Shown in pieces: positions 50,901 through 64,000 of a DNA stretch of 64,000 bases. The translations under genes and the position numbers were made by a program. A model generated the notes under the pieces. It did not search any database. It was not told where the DNA came from and saw only the letters and a list, made by a program, of their open reading frames with translations. Within the stretch, counting starts at the first letter, position 1. Each line of letters begins with the position of its first letter. The stretch lies in NCBI RefSeq assembly GCF_006345805.1, contig NC_043026.1:4526001-4590000 (forward strand). The letters are read 5' to 3'. This stretch comes from Octopus sinensis. Lineage: Eukaryota.

Positions 50901-50957
50901 GGAAGTTATGAGGAAACAAGTCGATGGGGTGTTCATCTGTAGTTATGCCACAGGATG
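46047..50957. repeat. Right inner arm of inverted duplication
   Basis: Reverse complement of 26135-30448. Confidence 0.97.
48335..49803. repeat. Compound trinucleotide minisatellite (GTC/GCC grading into ATC/GTC/ACC) with ~50-60-bp higher-order units
   Basis: Recurrent ATCGTCATCACCATCATCGTCATCATCGCCATCATCATCGTC block. Confidence 0.95.
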
Positions 50958-50958
50958 T

Positions 50959-51014
<56 letters not shown>

Positions 51015-52023
51015 ATAACTGTAGAAATGTAGGTGTGTATATATATATATTATATGTATGTGTGTTTGTGTATACATTTATTCATGTATATGTACAAGTT
51101 TAAAAAAGAAATATCAAAAGATGTTGGAATATTTCAGGTATTGGATAATTTCCGACTCAGGATTGCCAATACATTTATATAGGAATATAAATATACATCA
51201 TTATTATACGTAGCCTTCTTGCACACACATAAGCATACCTCGTAGAAAAGACGACGGGTAAATCCATCTGTGACAACCCATGCTTAAGGGTGTCTGGTGA
51301 TATTTCTGGTCTGGTATCACACAAACCGCCCAGTCTGGAGTCTCTCTATAACTTCTGCCGCTTCCCGTTCAATTGTTTCTATATGTTGCCTAGCAACGCT
51401 AATTTGAATGACAAAAAACGTGGAGAAAAAGGCGGGAAATTTAGACAAAACTTTGTCTAAATAATTATTTAAAATCAAAGAGACATTGTCAGCATTTTTA
51501 TGAATTAAATAATGTTAAATGACATTAAGGTCTCACAATTAAGTCATTAATTAGGAATTATAATTAATTTGGACGCGAAAAAGAAAGGAAAACTAACGGA
51601 TGTGTGTATATGTATGTATTTATGTATGTACATAAGCAGGTAAATATTTATATATGTAAGTGTGTATGAATATTTACATACGTCTATAGAGAGAGAAAGG
51701 GGGAGAGAGAGGGGGGAGTATTACACATGTATACACATAAGACGAATGATGTCTGGGGTGTGTGTCGGTGTGTCTGTGTGTGTGTATACACGCCTGTTTA
51801 TGTTTGTGCGTGTGTGTGTATTTATGTGTGATGTTGTGTGTGTGTGTGTGTGTGTATCCGGGAACGTCACTTTCTGCCTCTCTCTCTCTATCTATGTATG
51901 TATGTATCTATCTATCTATCTATCTACATATATATATATATATATATATATATCTGTCTGTTTGACTCTCTCCCCTATCTATCTAGCCATCTCTCTCTCT
52001 ATATGTCTATCTTTTTATGTATA

Positions 52024-52079
<56 letters not shown>

Positions 52080-52083
52080 ATAT

Positions 52084-52387
52084 AATTGATCAAAATAAAA
52101 ATAAAAATAAAACATGAGGCGAAGGATTCAGCGGTACATATGTTTCGGGCCTTTATTAGACAGATTCATAACAATCATAATGTATGTCTGTGGCTTCTTC
52201 AGCCCGCAACAACAGCTTCACAGGACTTGTTACTTGTAACACATGTCTTGTGGAAGCTGTTGTGCGCGGCTGAAGAAGCCACAGACATACATTATGATTT
52301 GTTATGATCTGTCTAATAAAGGCCCGAACATATGTACCGCTGAATCCTTCGCCTCAGTTTTTATTTTTATTTTTATTTTGATCAATT
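52084..52387. repeat. Fold-back (near-perfect palindromic) element, ~300 bp
   Basis: GAGGCGAAGGATTCAGCGGTACATATG pairs with CATATGTACCGCTGAATCCTTCGCCTC; arms ~145 bp. Confidence 0.92.
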
Positions 52388-52479
52388 TACTCCCACCACC
52401 TACACCACCAACGGTATACACAGGTGCTTATAATTATCAAGTACTCACCCCGACTACACTCAACTCACCTATATATATA

Positions 52480-52645
52480 AATATATACGACGGGCTTCTT
52501 TCAGTTTCCATCAAACAAATCCACTCACAGGGCTTTGGTCGGCCGAGGCAATAGAAGACACTTGCCCAAGATGCCACACAGTGGGACTGTACCCGGAACC
52601 ATGTGGTTGGTAAACAAGCTACTTACCACACAGCCACTCCTGCGC

Positions 52646-52650
<5 letters not shown>
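52480..52650 (-). mobile_element. SINE 5' portion
   Basis: Same family as 10585-10975. Confidence 0.8.
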
Positions 52651-52710
<60 letters not shown>

Positions 52711-52825
52711 TATATGTATATATATATATATAATATTAATTAAGGATAGAAATTGATATTTATCAATTAAGACCAGTGGTCTAGCATATTAAAAAAGAAT
52801 CCGAAGATTAAAATATTTATATATA

Positions 52826-53026
52826 CCAATTGAGGACTGAACACGAAAAGTGGACAGTGAACATGCTAGATATAGACGTCAAATCGCCATTCTCCACAAA
52901 AGATTATGTTCTCAGATCAAACTTGGTGAGTTTGATCTGAGAACATAATCTTTTGTGGAGGATGGCGATTTGACGTCTATATCTAGCATGTTGACTGTCC
53001 ACTTTTCGTGTTCAGTCCTCAATTGG
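52826..53026. repeat. Fold-back element, ~200 bp, flanked by (TA)n
   Basis: CCAATTGAGGACTGAACACGAAAAGTGGACAG pairs with CTGTCCACTTTTCGTGTTCAGTCCTCAATTGG; loop under 10 nt. Confidence 0.92.
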
Positions 53027-53559
53027 TATATATATATATATATATATATTATGTCTGTATTTATAACTCTCTCACACTTTGTCTTTATCTACAACAACCT
53101 CCACTCTGTACCAGTGTCTGGGTTTGGTTGTTTATGGAAGTGGTATGTTTAACAAGGAGTGTTTCAGCCTCCCATTCTACTACTGAGTCCTCAAACACAC
53201 ACCCACACACACACCACACATACACACATGCAAACAATCCAACACGTACACACCCACGTCGTTCAGTGATGGAAAGGGACGTCCGTCCTATTTGTGCAGA
53301 TGTGTAGGTGAGAGGCAATCCTTTTACTCAATATAGAAAGAGAAATAAGGAAATAGATTTCCTTCTCTACTCTCCTCTGCCTTGTCATGGATTTGAACGC
53401 GAATCCACAGGAAACCAACTCGCAGAAGTTATAACACGCGTTTTATACATACATTCACCAATATAAACACATGCAGCCACAAGTACACAGTCATATACAC
53501 AAACATGTGTGTACGTCTCTCTCTGCTTGTGGCCATATTACGTGTATATCTATGAGATA

Positions 53560-53808
53560 TTGAGTCGGTGTATAATTATTGCGGCTATTTTTCAACAAAT
53601 TTTATTCAACAAAACAATAACAATATTTAACAAAAACATCTTTGAATGACGGTCTGACCGTCTGCCAAGCAAATAGGAAGCAGTAATTGAAGGAGATGGT
53701 GAATATGCTCCGGAATAATCATTTAAAGATGTTTTTATTGCATGTTGTTATTGTTTTTGTTGAATGAAATTTGTTGAAAAAAGCCGCAATAATTATGCAC
53801 CAAGCCAA
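53560..53808. mobile_element. Mariner-derived MITE (mirror of 19308-19555)
   Basis: Same TIRs and TA flanks. Confidence 0.8.
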
Positions 53809-56800
53809 TATGTATATAACAAGGTAGAATGAACAGAACATTTTCGGCCTCTATTCTAGGACTCAACCAAGTAGAAACACACACTGATCGATCGATAGGT
53901 AGACAGATAGAGAGAAAGAGAGGGAGAGATGGATAGACAGACAGAAGACAGATACGTAGATAGACGCAGGAGTGGCTGTGTGGTACGTAGCGTGCTTACG
54001 AACCACATGCTTCCGGGTTCAGTCCTGCTGCGTGGCACATCTGTAGCCTTGGGCCAACCAAAGCCTTGTGAGTGGATTTGGTAGACGGAAACAGAAAGAA
54101 GCCCGTCGTATATATATATATGTATACATAGACAAACACACGTGTAAGCATACGCACGCACGCACACACACACGTAAGTTTATGCAAGTATTTATATACT
54201 TGCATACACCTGTATAATTATGGCTCTGGTAACATCCTCACAATGAGATTCATAGAAATGTTGTCGCTAAATCCTGTGCATCACAGGCTGCAACAGTTAC
54301 CATTCTCTCACTCCACATCGACAGACATGTCTCACCTGCACACTTCATCCTATCAACAACTTCCAACAGAAAATGCCTTCCTTTTATGCGTTGCATCTCT
54401 CCTGAATTCTTACATGTGCAACCAGTAAACATTTTAAAAAGTTTAGTCAGCATTTAAACCTAGTCTTGTCGACTGCAGTTTTTGTGCCTCTAGCAACAAA
54501 CAGCTCTCCTAAGAGATTTCCTATTCCACTTACGAGAGGCGATTCAAGTCTTTCAGAACCAGCTCCCCTGCAATTCTTGACTTCGTCCCTTGAGGCAGAG
54601 GTTAGGACTCACCTAAAAGACACAAGTGAACGTCTGGAAACAGCAGTCTATATCTGACCAACTCAGACTGGTTTGCCAGCTCCAAAAGGCAACGAAAAAT
54701 GCTCATTTTCTAACAATTCACCCAACAGTGAATCAATATTCTTTATTTAATATCGTCACCTATTTCTTAACGTCTCCATTTTCCTGGTGTATATATTTTA
54801 TCGCCTGCCGTCTTCTTTCTATCGTTTAAACACAGCAGACACGGCAGAATCGTATCGAAAACTGTTCAGAAGTATTTCAGGAGGAAAAAAGAAAGCAAAG
54901 CCACCTCAGTGATCAAAAGCAAAATCTATTCAAACAAACCTAAAACATACAAGTCACCATACGACATTATGTGATGTAATATAGTTTTGTGTATAGAAAG
55001 TATTAGATTTGATGTGGACCTTGTTGTTAATGACAACCAGTGTGTTATGTATTCTTTTGGTTCGTGGTGAGATAATAAACAACTCACTGAAGGCATTTTT
55101 ATGATTCTACCCGTTTCTTTACTTGGCATGTTCACAAACTGTAAATGACACAGGTCATACTGCTTACTAGATGCGCTTAACAAAATAGTACTAATAGTGG
55201 GGATGTATTCATATATACTTATATCTACGCATACACATAGATATGAACGTGTAACATTAATAAACACCCACTTTACAATTATCTAAAGTGTGTATACATT
55301 CGTGTGGGGGACACCCTGTATATATACATGTACAACAGGCTACTTTCAGTTTCTAAGAAGTTATAATAGAAAATACTTGTTTGTGGTGTCAAGCAGTGAA
55401 ACGCCTGCACCCGTGTGTGTGTGTGTTAAATAGTGTCCTTCCTTTTATAAAAAACATTGACGGATTTCGGAAATACGTGACTGCTATTTCTAAACATTTG
55501 TTTGTCCACATACAAACTTTCTTAGGTAGTTCCGTATAACTTTATCAGATGAGGGGGAAATACTCTGGTTTTCCACTTGATTTCTATCCCTTGACTAATT
55601 CCAAGTTGACCGTTTTTTTTTTGTCTTTCTTGAAATATTTTCCATTCGTACATTTGACAGTCTACATCATCATCATCACACCACCATCATCATCATCATC
55701 ACCACCACCACCATCATCATCACACCACACACCCATCATCGTACTTTGGTTCATTCTTTCTTTCGTTGCAAAACTCGTGGCTTATTTTTATTCCAGTTTT
55801 TTGTTTTTTTATCATTATTCTCTAAGTCAAGGAGGTGAGCTGGCAGAATCATTAGCATTCTGGACAAAATGCTTAGCGATATTTCGCTCATCGCTACGTT
55901 CTGAGTTCAAATTTCACTGAGGTCGACGTTACCTTTCATTATTTTGGGGTTGATAAATTAAGTACCAGTTGAGTACTGGGGTCAATGTAATCGGCTATGC
56001 CCCTCCCACAAATCTCAGGCTTTGTGCCTATAATAGACAGGATCATTATTCACTAAGTCCTACAGGAAACACAGTTTTATCATCATTAAAATAGAAAGAA
56101 GTTTGAAAGAATGCATTTACAATGCTAAGTACAGAAGAATTTATTGTAAAAAATCTTTAGCCAACATCTTAAGGTATTTAAAAATGGGAAAATAAACTAA
56201 AAAGTAACCTAAAGTAATCTCCGTTTAGGTCGTGGATCCCATGCCAGAGTAACACCAGGCAGGGTTTAAAGGCAGTTTGATATCACTGAACGATATCACA
56301 CAGCAGTGTAAAAAGAACAGATGCAAAAATAGATACATCAAACCAAATGCTAAAGCATGAAGTCTGTAACATCCTTCGGTTCCTGCAACTGACTCTTCAA
56401 TAAACATTCGCTTCTGTTGACCTCTCATTTGAACCCAGGTGCGTAGGACTAGCCTACCTCAGCCGACACAAGAACACAAACATTCTCTATACTATAACAA
56501 TAATGTATGGCCCGGGTAACTATGTACCTCCTCTACTGAAACACACCTGTTTCTGTCTCAGTGTAAGCTTTCATCATCTGACACAGATCATCTCCTCCAA
56601 TGTCCCCTCCCTTCTCAAAGGACCTTTGTCTCCAAGTCACTTGGTGGCCCTGCTAGCACTGGTGCCATGTGAAAAGCATTCAGTCCACACTGTGTAGTGG
56701 TTGGCATTTGGAAAGGCATCAAACTGTGAGAACCTTGCCAAAACTGACCCCTCGCCTGTGCTTGTGCCATGTAAAAAAAGGTCCACTCTGCTGGGTGATT

Positions 56801-57549
56801 GGTTTTAGGAAGGGCATCCAGCCATAAAAACCCTGATAAAACAGATAGAGAAGTCTGGTGCCAGCTGCTGCCTGGCCAACTCCTGTCAAACCGTCCAACC
56901 CAACATCCAGCATGTTCAATGATTATGATAATGATGATGATGGTTTCCCTTAAACTTGAAATGAAGTGTGACCTGAAGTGCAACCTTAAAACAAATTGTG
57001 ATTGGTACACCATTTCACGTCTTGAAGGCTATGTTATTTTGGGGGATTTTATTTTTTATATTTGTGACCCAAGAGCAGGAGAAAGCTATGGAGTATTTAA
57101 TGAACAGATGAGACAGTGAAACCCTTAAATTGCCAACCAAGATACACAACAGTAAATGTTGACCGTGCAATAACACATGTGATCATCAGCTGCCTGAATG
57201 TCATCGAGGGGCTTCCTCCCCCCTACTGTCACATGATGTTTTGGCTACAGCAAGATACAATACCAACCTCAGCAAAGACTGCCGCAGGATAAATATATTC
57301 AACACCTCTGCTAAGAAATACACACACCGACACACATACATATATTTACATAGACAGACAGACAGATAACTAGAGATACACGTACATATAGATATATATA
57401 TATATACATCTGTAATACAATCAGTGAGAAGGAGAACATTTATGGGTAACTGCTTTGAAACCTAAAGCTCCTCTACGTTGATTATAAATCCATATTAATT
57501 CCAATTATTACTGACATTTTCAGGCATGCTTCAGTGTGCCCCATTCCAA

Positions 57550-58230
57550 ATAAAGGCAGCTCGTTTAACCCAATCAAGTATCACGCTATGGCTCTCACCT
57601 CAAACATCTCCTAGGTAATGAAAACAATGACCTTCTCCAAAACGTTGAATCCCTCTCTCAGCCCAGTGACCATTAGCACATCTTGTGCTGAGCCCGATCC
57701 GTTGGGGACCGATGGTTTCTTGTCATTCACCAGCCGGATGACATTTCTGAGATGTTCAGTAAAAGCCACTTTGTTACCCCAAGACAACAAGAAAACTTTT
57801 GTCCCTGTCTGGGATGTGAATCTCCTACAAAAAAAGAAAAGAAAATTCCCACGTATGGTTTCTACCCATTTCGCACCTCTTCAGTCAGTAGCTTCCAATC
57901 AGATCACACCATTGCAACTTATGTTGATGGAGCTCATTCCATCTCATTCAAAATTAACTCTCGTGTACTTCCAGGGGTTTGGTTCTGTCACATCTTCTCT
58001 TCCTTCCATAAGCCAATCACCTGCTTATTGCTAAATCCAACAATGACCATCCTCATGGAGTCAATATGAACCTTCATTCCTCACCAATCAGCCTCAACCA
58101 TTTACCCTGGACCACGTCCAAATAAGGGCTGTTCAACTGATTGGCATTAAACCCCTAAAGAACAGACTCTTTACTCTCCGGCATGTTTCCATCATGCCTG
58201 TGAAGGTCGCTGTTCATGTCCCTCTCCCAT
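57550..58230 (+). mobile_element. Degraded LINE RT fragment (mirror of 14860-15545)
   Basis: ORF 57618-58034 matches ORF 15081-15542. Confidence 0.6.
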
Positions 58231-58641
58231 TCAGCAACCACAGATCCGCTCCTCTCTCTCACCTCTCTTCAATCCAAACTTCAGTCCTGGTCTGACCAAT
58301 CCACGCCGTCCTTCTTTCCTCCCTGAAACATCGACCCACCGTAATTGTCTTCTCCCTGCTCATATCTTTCTTGCAGGGGTTAGACCAGAACATTAATGAC
58401 ATGGTGTTGGAGGGTCTACAGAGGCTATGGGCTCTGCCCCGCCTTCCAGACTAAGCAAATAAAAACACATACATACATGCATAATGTATACACACATATA
58501 CTTGTATATACATACAGCATCTTTCCATAAATACACACTTTCAGCATCCATTAATACAAATACACATCTACATATCCATACACGTAAAAACGTATATAGA
58601 GTTTAATACACACACACGCACACATTAACACACACACATCT

Positions 58642-58659
58642 TCTATATTTATAAAATTG

Positions 58660-58690
<31 letters not shown>

Positions 58691-60835
58691 CTGTGTCTGT
58701 AGCCATTTATGTTTTTTATAGAAATCCACATTCAATGTCCGATTGACCTCAAATTTTATACACATGCTCCACAAGGTCAGAGCTAGGTCATGGCGAGGAA
58801 ATCACCCCCGTAACCTGCATGCATGATCGGGGGGCATACACATAAAGTGACCTTATGCGCACATGTGTTGCTGAACTTTTGTTCACGCCTGAATTGCTCC
58901 ATTTTACACGTTAATGTGTTATTTTGGGGGGAGAGAGCAAAAAGGATCATGCACCAACACGTATTGCACCTCTAGCTACCCTTTTGACACATTTCTTGGC
59001 CCAATAAATGAAGCACTTACCCTTTCTTTGCCAGGGTTCAATGTAATGCTACCTTAAAAAAGCCAGTTGCCGAACGTTTAGTCATTCCATTGCTACACTT
59101 TTTACTTTGAAGAAAGACAGCAAAAGAACCCATGTTCCATACTCTTTGCAAGTTCCAATGTGTAACATTGAGCAATAGGCGTTCTTAGTCGAGGGCCATA
59201 GCGGTGGTTCATTGTAAAAAATCACGTCAAAGCTTTTGAAGCCCTATTACTGCTTGCAATAGCTTCTCCGTTAACCATACCCATGCCTTACTTGCTGTGT
59301 ATGGTGTTACTTAGGGAGTAGAGACAACAAGGTGTGCATCATCACTTTTTTGCACCCCTACTCACCCTATTGACACTCTTAATTAAGCGAAAGTCATCCT
59401 TTGCCGGGGCTCAGTGCACTACTACGTTACAAACTTCCGCTGCCAAACATTTATTCAAACATACTAACGCTAAACTACGCCATTTGGAGCACTAACTTTT
59501 TAGTTTTTGCCAAGTCCAATGTTTAAAATTGTGCACCCAAATCCATTCTTAGACATTGTTCATTCCTAGACGGGGATCACTGCGTTTCCATGACGGAAAG
59601 CAGAGGACGGTGGATTCACCGCACATGTTGGTCCGTATGAAGTAGACAACAGATGGATAGTGCCTTACTGCCCAATCCTGTCGAAGGCATTCGATGCTCA
59701 CATAAATGTCGAGCTCTGCCATTCTGTAAAGTCAATCAAATATGTGTGCAAGTACATCAACAAAAGCGCTGATGCTGCTGTGTATGGCCTGCAACCAGAT
59801 GGAGTCCGAGATGAAATAACGCAATACCAAGTAGGCAGGTACATAAGTAGTAACGAAGCCTTTTGGCACATTTTCGGGTTTCCACTGCATCAAAGACATC
59901 CGCCAATCCAGCAGCTTGCAGTGCACCTTGAAATCGGAGAGCGTGTATACTTCACCGCTTCCACTGCTGCTCGACTGATTGAGCAACCAAAAGATACAAC
60001 ACTCACGGCTTTCTTCAAACTCTGCCAGGTAAGACCTGTTTGCACAAGATCTGCTTTATCCTCAAGTCCCGTCATACTACACATGGAATAAGTGGCAGCG
60101 AAGGAAGTCAGGCCGAACCGTTGATGGTCACCCTGAGATTAAATTTGATAATTGCCTCGGCAGAGAGTACACGGTTCACCCGGGCCAACAAGAATGCTTC
60201 TACCTCCGATTGCTGCTTCACGAGGTAAAGGGTCCAAAGTCCTTCGACCAATTAAAGACCGTGAACGGCCATACATGTGCTACATTCAGAGAGGCTTGCT
60301 TACTACATGGGCTGCTAGAAGACGGTGTGCAGTGGGATGCTACGCTTGCGGAGGCTGCTGTTTCACAGTCACCGAAGCGTCTCAGAGCTCTGTTTTCTGT
60401 ACTCCTGCACATTTGCCAACTTCCCAATCCCCATTCATTGTGGTTAAAGAACAGACACGACCGACCAGAAGACTTCCATTACCAGGCCCAACTGCATCAT
60501 ACCTGCTTGCCAGCTGAAAATGATTTCATTTACAACTGTGCTTTACTTGACATAGAGAACAAGACTGTTTCTCTGGGAGGTCATACCTTACCTCCATATG
60601 GGCTGCCGCAACCAGTGTGCCACAGGACGCCTTCAGTACAAACAGAGTTGATACGTGAAACGTCCTATGATACTGAAGCCCTTAATCAATACATCCAGCA
60701 AAAGGAGCCCAAACTTCTGCCTGAGCAACAGAGGGCTTACAGTACCATCTTTGACCATATGCAGAAACAAAAAGCGGGTATTTTTTTCTTGATGCACCTG
60801 GAGGGACCAGAAAAAAAACGTTTGTTATTCAGCTT
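58642..60835 (+). mobile_element. Helitron derivative with RepHel fragments (mirror of 12250-14451)
   Basis: ORFs 59660-60091 and 60210-60839. Confidence 0.9.
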
Positions 60836-61364
60836 CTGATATAATGGAAATCCACACCATCTGAAATGTATTTGTTGAAAATTTCATTAAAAAATATCAA
60901 TTTTTTCTGGAAGTTAGGAGGGAGGCACCTGTGTTAGTATACTTAATTAACTATAAACACACTGTCTGGTAACATATAAAATATAAACTGAAGCTAAAAC
61001 TTATTAAAATATTCTTATTGTTTTTATTTCAACTTACCAGAGAATGGCTCCTGGCTCGTTTGACCAGTAAAGGTGAAGGAGTAAAAAAACGAAGACATTT
61101 CGACTTGTCCGGGCTATTACAGACAAATTAACAACAATTTGACTCGAGAGATAAACACAAACCACTGCAAAACACCCACCAAATTAGCCGGAAACACACA
61201 CACGTCCATTTCATGTATCTTCTTTCAATTTCTGCTCTCTGCAAATAAAAGTATTATGGATACAACTACTTACAATAATAGGGTTTAACGTATAATTTCT
61301 TTCTATGTTCATAATTAAATCAATATTTTAATGATTAGACAGACGTCCAATAGAATAGCTCTCC

Positions 61365-61710
61365 GTCCCACAGGGTGGCATCTTGGGCAAGTGTCTTCTG
61401 CTATAGCCTCAGGCTGACCAATGCCTTGCGAGTGGATTTGGTAGACGGAAACTGAAAGAAGCTTGTCGTATACATGTATATATATATATATATGTATGCG
61501 TGTGTGTGTTTGTGTGTCTGTGTTTGTCCCCCTAGCATTGCCTGACAACAGATGCTGGTGTGTTTACGTCCCAGTCACTTAGCGGTTCGGCAAAAAGAGA
61601 CTGATAGAATAAGTACTGGTCTTACAAAGAATAAGTCCCGGGGTTGATTTGCTCGACTATAGGCAGTGCTCCAGCATGGCCACAGTCAAATGACTGAAAC
61701 AAGTAAAAGA
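61365..61710 (+). mobile_element. SINE lacking its head (mirror of 10585-10930)
   Basis: Starts at GTCCCACAGGGTGGCATCTTGGGCAAGTG; about 0.8 kb present in the left arm is absent here. Confidence 0.8.
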
Positions 61711-61799
61711 GTAAACAGTATGCCCTGTGTAGGGCTTGTGGAAAGGGCTGTCTTCTTGGCACTGAAACTCCAAATGAGGCTCTGTCTCCAAAGGTTTAA

Positions 61800-62600
<801 letters not shown>

Positions 62601-64000
62601 TATGGCTACCCTCGTCACATCTACTCTGATAATGTTTATTTCTATGTCCTCTTCAGGAGACACTCTATTCTCAGATGTTACGATCTATATGGACAAATGA
62701 AATGGCAGTGGGAACTGCCTTTCCCTGTTCACCCTCACATTGCTGTTTTCCAAGGAACTCTTAATGTCCCCGACACTCAACTCAACAGGGTTCTTCTTTA
62801 CAAGTATCAAGACCGGTCGTCTGCTTGCCTTTTACCCATTAAAAATCCTTATATCAGAAATCTAAATCTACGACTCAAAGAAAAGGAGAATGACCAAAAA
62901 CTTGTCATTGGCGAAATATGTAATCTGTCCAATGGACAGTTGGTGGTGTCCGACATCAAGCATGATTGCTTGTTGTACATTTCTGAGGAAGGAGACATTG
63001 TGTCCAGATTATCTCTGCTGTCTACAGCCACAGATATATGTTAGTGGGGTTCTAATAATATAGGGGTCACAAGATGGTCGCCAGTGTTTTACAGTCCCAA
63101 ATGAAACCTCCCCACAATTTCTATGGTGAATGTATAGATAAAAATGTTTATCTGTTAGACAACATGCCTATGTTTGTTATAAATGATTACGCTTTGGTGG
63201 TTAAGGATCTCGTTACAAATAATCAGCTTAATATTGACATGGCACATCTATTTTATAGAAACATCTGTGTCAGTGAAATGTTGTCTTCTAAATTCTATCT
63301 ACAGGATCTCCAGGTTTCCGAGACAAACAACCAGTGCAGATTTTTCGTTTGGTTATTACTGAAAACAACTTGATTGCAATATACGACAGGAAAAATAAAA
63401 AACATAAGAAATTCATATTTGATGGTCATCTTTTGGATTCTATCAAATTGAATGTCTCTCCCATCAATATGTGTCGATGGCAGTCAAACCAACTGGTTAT
63501 TACAACTGGTGATGGTGACAACCAAATGTTGACATTAAAAGTTGAATTTCAATTGTCATTGGTGATTTAGCAGACAAGAAATAAATATCATTGTATTGCT
63601 TCTTTGTCGGATGGTCTACTAGTATATAATTGGGATGGAGATGAACGTACTTTGTATGTCATTGATTTTGATGAAATCCATTCGACTGTGAGTATAATGA
63701 AGCAAATAGACATATCCGAGACATTATTGATGAGAGGTGGTGAGGTTATTGATTATGTTGAAGGCATATGCAATATTACAGTGACTGTTAATGATGTCAT
63801 CCTCATTAGCAACAACAAATTCATCAATTTCCTCAGTAGTGATGGTCAGTATTTACATTCAGTTAGACACTACATGAAGTATATCAGTATTCATAGCAAC
63901 ATAACAGTTGATGAGAAAAGATATCATCTCTATGGTATATTTAAAAACATGGTGTGTTTCACACAGACTGGTGACCACAGCAAAATATATTTAAATGAAA
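62601..64000 (+). pseudogene. NHL-like beta-propeller paralog B, mirror copy (runs off the window)
   Basis: Homologous to 8409-9798 and shares its in-frame stops. Confidence 0.85.

Noticed and set aside
51240-51420. GC-richer segment reading ARQHIETIEREAAEVIERLQ on the minus strand
   Set aside because: Short and interrupted by stops; I could not assign it to any family.

Overview
Eukaryotic, AT-rich, repeat-dense genomic DNA. It is most likely an octopod cephalopod, inferred from the tRNA-derived SINE families, the C2H2 zinc-finger array style and the heavy (TA)n load. There are no prokaryotic features. The window is a near mirror image across a 100-N scaffold gap (30449-30548): 8409-20045 is the reverse complement of 53050-64000, and 26135-30448 of 46047-50957, at roughly 97% identity by eye. 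This is either a large inverted duplication or two haplotypes scaffolded head-to-head. Each arm carries gene A and paralog B. Gene A is a long single coding exon (about 1,830 codons, 42470-47951) encoding a coiled-coil-like N-terminus and several NHL-like beta-propeller modules. Paralog B is a pseudogene joined in frame to the end of a C2H2 zinc-finger array. The most striking signal is that the two gene A copies differ at about 40 codons by amino-acid replacements clustered in patches, against only about 3 synonymous changes, which suggests diversifying selection on a recognition protein. The remainder is Penelope-like elements (PLEs) with hammerhead ribozyme motifs (including non-canonical U3:A8 cores), Helitrons (one expanded into a 154-bp satellite), CR1-like LINE, hAT and mariner remnants, SINEs and micro/minisatellites. 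All counts and identities were made by eye, and most boundaries are approximate.
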